A DNA stretch of 28,303 nt from contig JBIJDH010000046.1 in assembly GCA_044344255.1 (NCBI GenBank), forward strand, positions 1-28,303, given 5' to 3'. Position 1 is the first letter of the stretch. Each line of letters opens with the position of its first letter. A program made the translations under genes and the position numbers. Positions 8,939-17,800 of the stretch are shown piece by piece. Source of the stretch: Myxococcota bacterium. Its GTDB lineage: Bacteria; Myxococcota_A; UBA796; UBA2385. The notes beneath the pieces were generated by a model, which saw only the letters and a list, made by a program, of their open reading frames with translations, searched no databases and was not told the DNA's origin.

Positions 8939-9394
8939 ATGTCCGCCCTCCCCGCCCTGCCGCCGCTCACGGAGGCCGAGTACCTCGCCCCAGCCCTGTC
9001 TCTCCTCTTCGCCCAGCGAGACGCGTGGAATCGGGCTGACCTCGAGGGTTACCTCGATCGCTGCGCCGAGGACATCGTCTATCGCTCGATCCGCGGCACC
9101 GTCCGCGGCCGCGACGCGCTGCGGGCCTCGATGCGCGCGGCCTATCCAGACGCCGCCGCCATGGGCTCCCTCTCCCTCCGCGTGGTCCAGGTCGAGCCCG
9201 CGCCCGCTGCGGGGGTCGCCGAGCTCCGCGCGACGCTCTGCTGGGAGGTGGCGCAGGCGGGCGGGGCCGTCGTGGGCGGCTTCGCGCTCGTCACCCTGCG
9301 GGAGCAGGCCGGCCGCTGGTGGCTCTGCGAGGACAGCACCCTCTCCGTCCCCCGGCCGGAGCCCCGCTCCGCGCGCGGCGGAGGCGAGCCATGA
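8939..9394 (+). CDS. NTF2-like / SnoaL-like (DUF4440-type) protein (151 aa)
   Basis: QRDAWNRADLEGYLD...RGRDALRASMRAAYPDAAAMGSLSL...GGFALVTLREQAGRWWLCEDST matches the NTF2-fold family pattern; stop overlaps the next start (ATGA). Confidence 0.8.
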   Translation: MSALPALPPLTEAEYLAPALSLLFAQRDAWNRADLEGYLDRCAEDIVYRSIRGTVRGRDALRASMRAAYPDAAAMGSLSLRVVQVEPAPAAGVAELRATLCWEVAQAGGAVVGGFALVTLREQAGRWWLCEDSTLSVPRPEPRSARGGGEP

Positions 9395-10500
9395 GGGCCG
9401 CGCGCTGGCTCGGGGTCTGCGCCCTCGGCCTCTCGCTCTCTCTCTCGCTCACCGCCGCCGCGCGGCCCGCCCGGAGCCGCGGCCTCGACGACCCCGTCGG
9501 CCTCACCACCCGCGCCGCCGACATCCCTGTCCTCGCCGCTCTCCTCGCCCAGGCGCAGTGGGAGCCCACCCCCGAGCTCTCCGGGGTCTTTCGGGCCGGC
9601 TCGATCTACGAGGTGACCGCCACCGGCCACCGCCCGCTGGCCACCGGCTGCTTCGCGGCGACGCCCACGATCAGCACCTACACCTCGACGGAGCTCGTCA
9701 CCTCGCTGCAGGCCGGCGTCTCGGTGCGGGCGGGCCTCGGGAGCGGAGAGGCGAGCGGCAGCTTCGTCAAGAAGGTCCGCTTCGCGACGCCCACCCAGCA
9801 GAGCCTGTCGACGATTGACCTCGAGCTGAGCGAGGACTGCCTCGGGCGCCTCCGCCGACAGCGGCCGGAGACCCTGGCCGGCGCCTATGTCGTCCAGGAG
9901 GTCCTGGTCGCCCAGATCTCCGAGCAGACCTGCGGTCGGGTGGACAGCGCAGGCCGCTTCGTGGGCTTCGGCGCCGCGGAGGCCGAGTACGCGGCCGCCT
10001 GCGCCATGGAGTCCCTCGAGCCCGTGGCGGTGGGCTATCGCACGGTGCCCCTCTCTCGCCTGATGGACGGCGCCCTGCCTTCGCTCTCCCCGCCGGCCGT
10101 CGCGGCCCCGGGCCGCCCCGCCGCGCCGCGCCGCGAGCGCCTCGTCCGCCGTGGCGGGGCCACCTTCTGCCTGGAGGGAGGTGGGGCCCTCGCCGACTGC
10201 TTCGAGGTCCACTCCAAGGACGGCTTCGCGGGCCTCGCGGTGCTCGATCAGGCCCTGCGGGTGATCGGCTGTGAGGAGCAGGATCGGATCCTCTCCCTGA
10301 TGATGGACTGGCGGCGGCACCGCACCAACACCCTCGCCTGCGCCTTTAGCTTCTATGGCGCGCCCTTCGCCGGCATCCCGGGCGGCAAGGCGCGCCGCGC
10401 CCTCGAGGACCTCAGCCGGGCCTGGCAGCGCTGCGTCGCCCCGAGCGGCGGCCTCAGCCCTGGATCGGCAGCGCCCGCCCCAGGCGGTCTGTCGCTGTGA
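9391..10500 (+). CDS. Hypothetical exported protein (369 aa): signal peptide, gasdermin-like N-terminal domain (inferred), Pro-rich linker, Cys-containing C-terminal domain
   Basis: ATG 9391 overlaps the upstream stop; signal-peptide-like MRAARWLGVCALGLSLSLSLTAAA; good codon bias. The CDS is well supported, the fold assignment is speculative (see findings). Confidence 0.75.
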   Translation: MRAARWLGVCALGLSLSLSLTAAARPARSRGLDDPVGLTTRAADIPVLAALLAQAQWEPTPELSGVFRAGSIYEVTATGHRPLATGCFAATPTISTYTSTELVTSLQAGVSVRAGLGSGEASGSFVKKVRFATPTQQSLSTIDLELSEDCLGRLRRQRPETLAGAYVVQEVLVAQISEQTCGRVDSAGRFVGFGAAEAEYAAACAMESLEPVAVGYRTVPLSRLMDGALPSLSPPAVAAPGRPAAPRRERLVRRGGATFCLEGGGALADCFEVHSKDGFAGLAVLDQALRVIGCEEQDRILSLMMDWRRHRTNTLACAFSFYGAPFAGIPGGKARRALEDLSRAWQRCVAPSGGLSPGSAAPAPGGLSL

Positions 10501-11548
10501 CCGAATAGGCCGCGGCCGCGGAGGCGGCGAGCTGATCCCGATAGAGCGCCCAGACCATGCAGGGCCGCAGGCCGCCCTGTCCGTCGGGCAGGCGGCGCGG
10601 GAGGGTGGCCTCGAGGGTGAAGCCGAGGCGGGCGGGCACGGCGGCGGAGCGGTGGTTGTCGGGGTCGCAGCGGATCTCCAGCCGGTCCTGGCCCATTGGG
10701 CCGAGGCCCACCCGACAGAGCGCGGCCACCGCCTCGGTGATGTAACCCTTGCCCTCATGGGCCTGGGAGATCCAGTAGCCGATCTCCAGGGCCTGGGCGC
10801 CGATCCGCGGGTGGAGGCCGCAGCCGCCGATGGGGGTGCCGTCGGGGAGGAAGAGGCCGAAGATGGCCTCCTCCTGTCGGGCGCTGGCGGCCGCCCACTC
10901 GGCGAAGCGGCGAGAATAGGCGGCCTCACCCTCGAGGTCGGCGGCCCAGGGCATCCAGGCGGCGAGGCGGGCCTGGCCCTCCCGCACGAGGGCGAGGAAG
11001 GCGGGGGCCTCCTCGGGGCGCCAGAGGCGGAGGCGCAGGCGGGCGGTGCGCAGGGCGTGGGGCCAGGGGAGGGCGGGCTGCCAGTCTCCCCATTGACGGT
11101 GGGGCCGCCGCGCCGCGCGCCACTCCTCGAGGTCGGGGTCCTCTGGATAGAGCCCCCGGTCGGCGGGGTCTCGCTCGCCCATGACGAGGAGCTCTGCCTC
11201 GTCGGGGCCCGGGTTGACCACGGTGTGGGCGAGGCCAGTCCCCGCGGGGAAGGACACGAAGGAGCCCGCCCGCAGCGGGGTCTCGGTGAATTCCCCGCCG
11301 AGCGGCGCCCAGCGGAGGACAGGGGCCCCCGAGAGCACGTAGACGGCCTCCTCCTCGCGGCTGTGGGCGTGGGCGCGGCTGGTGCGGCGCCCGGGGGGCA
11401 GGCGCTCCCGCCAGACGCCGAGGCGCTCGCTCCCGGCGGCGCGGCCGAGGTCGCGGCCGGCGGAGAGGGCCTCGGCGTCAAAGGGGGCGGGGTACCGGCC
11501 CACCTCCTCCGAGACCTCGTCGGCGTGAATGACAAAGGGAGGCTTCAT
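10454..11548 (-). CDS. Cupin (RmlC-like, COG3837-type) fused to RimJ/RimL-type GNAT acetyltransferase (364 aa)
   Basis: Cupin metal motif HAHSREEEAVYVLSG...FPAGTGLAHTVVN; GNAT motifs LRTARLRLRLW, EIGYWI...GKGYITEAV and NHRSAAVPARLGF. Start overlaps the acylase stop (ATGA). Confidence 0.9.
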   Translation of the reverse strand: MKPPFVIHADEVSEEVGRYPAPFDAEALSAGRDLGRAAGSERLGVWRERLPPGRRTSRAHAHSREEEAVYVLSGAPVLRWAPLGGEFTETPLRAGSFVSFPAGTGLAHTVVNPGPDEAELLVMGERDPADRGLYPEDPDLEEWRAARRPHRQWGDWQPALPWPHALRTARLRLRLWRPEEAPAFLALVREGQARLAAWMPWAADLEGEAAYSRRFAEWAAASARQEEAIFGLFLPDGTPIGGCGLHPRIGAQALEIGYWISQAHEGKGYITEAVAALCRVGLGPMGQDRLEIRCDPDNHRSAAVPARLGFTLEATLPRRLPDGQGGLRPCMVWALYRDQLAASAAAAYSVTATDRLGRALPIQG

Positions 11549-14028
11549 GGGGTCAAGACCTCGATGGAGAGGGTGGCGGCCTCGACCTCGGCGGCGTCGA
11601 AGGGCAGGCTGACGAATTCCCCCTCCACCCAGCGCTCGAGGTCGCCGTCATTCGACAGGGGGGCGTCATAGACCATCTCGGGCCGCCCGGCCTCGGTGAA
11701 GCGCGTGACCTGACGGAGGATGGGGCCCTGGTGCGAGACGCAGGCGTCGGGGATCTCGGCGTCCTCCCACATCGGGCACTCGGCGGAATTCACCGTGTCA
11801 TTGCCGCCGTCGGTGGGCACCTCGAAGGTCGAGCCGTCGGGCGCGGTGAAGCGGGAGCGGTGGACGGTGCCCCAGGTGACGGGCGCCCCGCTCGCGGCCT
11901 CGAGGGCGGCCACCTTCTCGAGGGCATCCGAAAGGGCGGCGAGGCGCAGCCAGTCCCCGCCCTGGTCGAGGGCGACCTCACTCTCCTGCTCGTGACAGAG
12001 CAGGGTGACCTTGGCGAGGTAGGGCGGCTTGCCCTGCTCGATCGAGTCATAGACGAGGTTGACCTCGTCGCCGATGGTGCGCCGCGTGAGGTAGGAGAGC
12101 CAGAACTGGAAGAGGGCGGCCTCCTCGGAGCCCCGGACCATCTGGAGATCCCAGTCCGCGAGCCGCGCGGCGGCGAGGGGGAGGTCTCCCCGCCCGCGGA
12201 ACTCGGCCAAGGCCTCGTCGGTGTCGATGCGCGAGAGGGTGTCGGTGAGCAGGGGAATGAAGCGCTCGGCGACCCCGCTGTGGGTGTCCCGCTGGAGGGC
12301 CTGCATGTCGGCCACGGTCAAAGGCGCGGTGGCGGCCTCGAGCACCGTCGTGATGCGGTCGGCCCGCCAGCCCGGGTCGTAGAAGCTCCCGTAATAGAAG
12401 GCGTCATTCGTGGGGTCGTTGTCGGCCGTGTGGCCCCAGGGGTCGTTGTTGGCGGTGACGAGCAGGTCGCGGCCCTCGAGGGAGGGGAAGTCGCCGTCGG
12501 CCATGAAGGTGGTCCAGGCGGTGGCGGGGTCGGCCCCGTCGAGCACCTGGTTCGGCTTCGTGGCGGGGTCACGCACAGGGAGGCGGCCGTGGGTGCGATA
12601 GGACAGGCCCTCGGCGGTGGCCCCGATCCAATTCATCATCCCGGCGTCCTGCTGGTCCACCGCGGCGTTAAAGTCGGCGAGGGACTGGGCGCGGTCAAAG
12701 TCGAGGAAGAGGCTGAGGTCGTCATTCGCCCGCATGCCGGTCCACTGGCCGAGCACGGCGCCCTCGCCGAGCAGCGCGGTGGGGACGCCGAGGATGTCGT
12801 CGGTGAGCAGCACCCCGCTGCCGTCGGCGAGGGACTGGACCACGTAGTCTTCGGTGTGGCTGCTGCCGTCGGCGTCGCGCACCGTGATCGACTCGGTCAC
12901 CGTGTCGAGCGGCAGGGTCTCTCCCCAGGCGAGCACGCTGTCCTCGGTGGTGCCGACCAGCCAGAGGTCGACGGCGTCGGCCCAGTGGGTGGTGGCCGTC
13001 CAGGAGAGGTGCGCGTTGTGGCCGAGGTGGACGCCGGGCACCCCCACGAAGGAGAAGCCGGCGACGTCAAAGCCCGGCGACTGGAGGTGGGACATCCACA
13101 TCGTGTTCGGGTCGCCGAGCGAGGAGTGGGTGTCGTTGGCGACGAGCGGGAGCCCGTTGTCGGTGCGGGCCCCGGACACGGCCCAGGAGTTGGACCCCGG
13201 CCCCATCGACCAGCGGCGCAGGGACTGGAGGCCCGCCTCGAAGTGGGCCATGTCCTCGGCGCTCACCGACAGGGAGGGCGGGGCCTCGGCCGCGGGGGGG
13301 CCGGCGGGCGGCGCCGCGCCGAGGATGAAGCGGTCCACCCCCGGCTGCAGGATGGGGAGCTCGGTGGCGTGGGGCACGGCGCGGGCCACCACCGTGTAGA
13401 GCAGGTCGAATTCCAGCGAGGAGGAGAAGCCGTAGAGGATGGCGTTGCCGATCGCCACGAACTCCTCGGGGGCCATCGCCTCGGGCGTCACGCCGAGGGC
13501 GGCGAGCTCGGGGGGGAGCAGGGAGGGGTCCCCCTGCACCTCGGTGATGCGCCGGTTCACGCCGGCGAGCCAGGCGAGGGCGAGCCGGAGGTCCTCCGGG
13601 CGGCGCTCGGCCATCGCCGCGAGGCTCTCACAGCCGAGCCGGGTGAAGCCGAAGGCGCGGGCCTGGAGGTCAGACCGGGTGTAGTCGGCGCCGAGCAGCT
13701 CGGCGCGGCGGCCCTGCACCCGCCGGCGCATGAGCTCGAGCGGGTAGAGCCGCTCCCGCGCCATCAGGTAGCCGCTGGCGAAGAAGGCGTCCTCGTCGGT
13801 CTCGGCGGAGATGTGCGGCACCGCGTTGCCGTCCAGGCGCACCTCGACCTCCGCCGACAGGCCGGCCCCGCCGTACGCGTCCTCGAGCGCGGCCAGGTCA
13901 CAGGCCGAGGGGGCCTGCGCGGCGGGCTCGGGGGCATCGCCCTTGTCCCGGCAGCCGAGGGTGAGCGAGAGGAGGCCGATGCCTGCGAGGCGGGGCGCGG
14001 TCGAGCGGGGGGGCACCAGACACCACAT
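11545..14028 (-). CDS. Penicillin acylase family (Ntn hydrolase, peptidase S45) lipoprotein (827 aa)
   Basis: VPHISAE...FFASGYLMARERL, catalytic GSNSWAVSG (about 13170-13198), ANDTH, VTANND and RADRI; lipobox LTLGC with Cys26. Confidence 0.92.
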   Translation of the reverse strand: MWCLVPPRSTAPRLAGIGLLSLTLGCRDKGDAPEPAAQAPSACDLAALEDAYGGAGLSAEVEVRLDGNAVPHISAETDEDAFFASGYLMARERLYPLELMRRRVQGRRAELLGADYTRSDLQARAFGFTRLGCESLAAMAERRPEDLRLALAWLAGVNRRITEVQGDPSLLPPELAALGVTPEAMAPEEFVAIGNAILYGFSSSLEFDLLYTVVARAVPHATELPILQPGVDRFILGAAPPAGPPAAEAPPSLSVSAEDMAHFEAGLQSLRRWSMGPGSNSWAVSGARTDNGLPLVANDTHSSLGDPNTMWMSHLQSPGFDVAGFSFVGVPGVHLGHNAHLSWTATTHWADAVDLWLVGTTEDSVLAWGETLPLDTVTESITVRDADGSSHTEDYVVQSLADGSGVLLTDDILGVPTALLGEGAVLGQWTGMRANDDLSLFLDFDRAQSLADFNAAVDQQDAGMMNWIGATAEGLSYRTHGRLPVRDPATKPNQVLDGADPATAWTTFMADGDFPSLEGRDLLVTANNDPWGHTADNDPTNDAFYYGSFYDPGWRADRITTVLEAATAPLTVADMQALQRDTHSGVAERFIPLLTDTLSRIDTDEALAEFRGRGDLPLAAARLADWDLQMVRGSEEAALFQFWLSYLTRRTIGDEVNLVYDSIEQGKPPYLAKVTLLCHEQESEVALDQGGDWLRLAALSDALEKVAALEAASGAPVTWGTVHRSRFTAPDGSTFEVPTDGGNDTVNSAECPMWEDAEIPDACVSHQGPILRQVTRFTEAGRPEMVYDAPLSNDGDLERWVEGEFVSLPFDAAEVEAATLSIEVLTP

Positions 14029-14113
14029 GTGCGCTTCCAGGCGTGCGGGGCTACGTTCTGCCTCCCCCGCTTAGCCCGGCTGGTGTCGGCCGGCGCCACC
14101 TGGAGCTGCCCCG

Positions 14114-14715
<602 letters not shown>

Positions 14716-14731
<16 letters not shown>

Positions 14732-14761
14732 CCGCCCGGTGCGAGCCCCTCTGACCGCTCG
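14716..14761 (+). repeat. 23-bp tandem duplication spanning the lipoprotein stop codon
   Basis: gtgcgagcccctctgaccgcccg (14716-14738) followed by gtgcgagcccctctgaccgctcg (14739-14761), one mismatch. Confidence 0.85.
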
Positions 14762-14795
14762 GCGGACCGCGCCCCGCGAGCGGCGCTGAGCGGTC
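14753..14795. terminator. GC-rich stem-loop between convergent genes (possible bidirectional terminator or processing hairpin)
   Basis: gaccgctcggcg pairs with cgctgagcggtc (12 bp including one G-U); no U-tract. Confidence 0.45.
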
Positions 14796-14813
14796 TCCCC
14801 CGGAGCCTCGGCC

Positions 14814-17800
14814 TCACTCTCCGAGCAGCAGCCAGGCCTTGGCGGCGCCGTACCCGCCGATGAGCAGGTCGTCATAGCCGTCGTTGTTCGTGTCTCCGGC
14901 GCCGCCCACCGCTCCGGCATAGGCCCCCGACGAGGGGCCGTGCCAGGTGAAGCCGGTCTCGAAGGTGGTGTCGGGCCCGTAGAGCACCCGCACGGTCCCG
15001 GCGTCGGTGAACTCGCGGTCGCTGTAGATGGAGCCCACGGCGAAGTCGGCGTAGGTGTCTCCGTTCAAGTCTCCGGCCCCATCCACAAACATGCCGACGC
15101 CCTCTCCGGTCTCGGTCCCATTGAGGATGCCGTCGGCAGAGCTGAGGGAGATCGTGCCCGAGACAGAGCCGAGGAAGAGATAGGCCGATCCCGAGCCCGT
15201 CCCGACAGGGTCGGCGGAGGGGGCACCCACCACGAGGTCGTCCTTACCATCCTTGTCGTAGTCGCCGACGATCGCGACAGAGTAGCCCGCCTGGTCCCCG
15301 GTCGTCACGCCTTCAAGGACAGCGTCGGCCCCGGTTGTTGTGAACGTGCCGTTTGCCCCTCCAAAGTAGACGAAGGCGGCCCCCGCATTGGAGGAGGGGC
15401 TGTCCCAGCCGATAGACCCGATGATGACATCGGCATACCCATCGCCGTCGATGTCGCCGTCACCGTCCACCGAGTAGGCGAAAATAACGCCCGAGGAGGA
15501 GCTCGTAAAGGTGCTGTCGGCATAGGTGGTGATGAGCCCCGCCTGCCCGGTGTAGGGCCCACAGACCAGCCAGGCCCGCCCGGTGCTGCTGCTGTAGCCG
15601 TAGGCGCCGCCGATGAAGTCGTCGATGCCGTCGCCGTCCCAGTCGTCCACCACCGATACGGCGTACCCGAAATAGTCCGACGCCGCCGTTCCCTGGTACT
15701 GGGCGAAGGCCGAGGTGCTGGCCGCATAGGAGATGGGGGTCGAGCGGCCGGTGATGATGTAGACCTCGCCCGCGCTGGTCGCCGTCTGGTCGTTCAGGTA
15801 GGCGCCGACCACAGAGTCTGCGTAAGCGTCCGTGTTGAAGCGGGCGCCGCCGTCAATGGCGTAGCCGAAGCCATCCGAGGCGGCGTCTCCCGAGAGGGTG
15901 GCGTCACCTCCTTCCGTGGCGCCGAGGGGGCCGAGCACGAGGGTCGCGTAGCCGAGCGAGGTGGCGCTGCTGGCCCAGACGTCGTCGTAGCCATCGTTGT
16001 TGAAGTCCCCGGCGGTGCTCACCCGATAGCCCGTGTTGGTCGTATAGGTGGTGACGGAGCTCGCGGCGTTGACGAGCCCGTCGTTGAGGTTGCCCGGGAC
16101 GAGGTAGACGAGCCCACTGTTGCTCGTCTGCACATACTCATCTACGTAGGCCCCGACATAGAGGTCGGGCACGCCGTCGTCGTCAAAGTCGCCCGCGGGG
16201 CCGACCGTGTAGCCGCCATAGTCGGTGCTTGATCCGCCGTAAAAGACCGCGTCGGCGTCCAGCGCATCGAGGGCGCCCACAGCCCCGCTGTAGAAGAGGA
16301 GCCCGGCCCCGGACGCGGACGTCCCCGCATAGTCATAGGCATAACAGCCGACGAGCAGCTCTCCGCCTCCATCACCATCCATATCCTCGACACCCCCCAC
16401 GGAGAAACCACAGTAGTCGCTGGAGGCGACCCCCGACACCGTGATGTCGGCGTCCGCGAGGCTCACGGTGCCGCTCAGCGGCCCGAAGAAGACATAGACC
16501 TTCCCCGCGTTGGTGGCGGCGTCATCATTGGCATAGGCTCCCACCGCGATCTCGTCGTAACCATCACCGTTCATGTCCGGGATCACGGCGAGACCGCTGG
16601 AGTGGCCGAAGTAGTCGGAGGTGGTCTTGCCGGTGATCACCGCGGTCGCCGTCGTGGACCCCGCCGTGATGGCCCCGCTCGCGAAGGGCCCCTCATAGAT
16701 GTAGACCCGGCCCGTGCTGCTGCTGTAGCTCGGCGCCGAGAAGAGCATGTCCTCGTCGCCGTCATTGTTGAGGTCGACATCTCCGACCACCACGATCCCC
16801 GCGTAGCTGGCGCTCGACTCGCCGGTCCAGGTGGTGGAGGCATAGGTGGAGACCGCGCGGCTCCCCACCGCGAAGGGGCCCTCCAGGAGGTAGATCTTGC
16901 CGTGGGTGGAGGAGCCGGCCCCGGTGGCCGAGACGAAGAAGTCGTCATAACCATCGTCGTTGGTGTCACCGGCTGGGGCCACCCCTTGGCCGAGGTTTCC
17001 GCTGGCCACCGACTCCCCGGTGAACATCGGATAGGTGGAGCTGGCCGTCGTCGCTCCAGTGAGCCTTCCGGAGAAGATGTAGACGGCGCCCGCGTTGACA
17101 TAGGAGGAGCTGGACTCATAGCCCGGGTTGCCGACCGCAAAGTCCTCGTACCCATCCCCGTCCTGGTCGCCGATCCGATTGACCGTCGTGAGCCCGTCCG
17201 CAGAGGTGGAGGCGGAGACGTAGAGGGTGGACCCACCGGAGCTGGCGGTGGTAGATCCATCGAAGGGCCCGGTCAGGAGGGCGGCGCTCCCCCCGGTGGC
17301 GCCGATCTGCAGGATCAGGAGGTCATCCACCCCGTCGCCGTTGAAGTCAGCGGGAACGCTCGGGCGCTGCCCCAGATAATAGGAGGAGGAGGCCCCTTCG
17401 ATCCGGGTGGAGATCCAGTCGAGGTTGTAGTCCCCGCTCGGGGTGTATAACGAGGAGACGGTCGGACAGGTCGTGTCGGCGCCGCTGCAGTCCTGGTCGA
17501 TGCCGTCTCCGCAGACCTCGGTGGCGCCCGGATAGGCCGTGGAGACGGCGTCGTCGCAGTCGCTGCTGCTGCTCACCGAGTAGGTGGAGGTGGCCTCACA
17601 GTAGCAGGCCGCCGTGCCGGCCCCGTAGGTGTCGTGGTCGGTGTCCTTGTAGAAGCTCGTGCAGGCGGAGGCGCCGAGGTCATTCGTGTCGCCGTCGCAG
17701 TCATCGTCGGCGGTGGTGGAGCAGCTCTCGGCGCCGCCCGGGTTGACGCTCGTGCTCGTGTCGTCGCAGTCCCCCGACAGGGAGCTGTAGCCCACCCCCG

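Noticed and set aside
9430..9450. (CT)n tract in the signal peptide of the gasdermin-like gene as a phase-variation switch
   Set aside because: Only about five uninterrupted units, explained by Leu-Ser codons; too short to support the claim.
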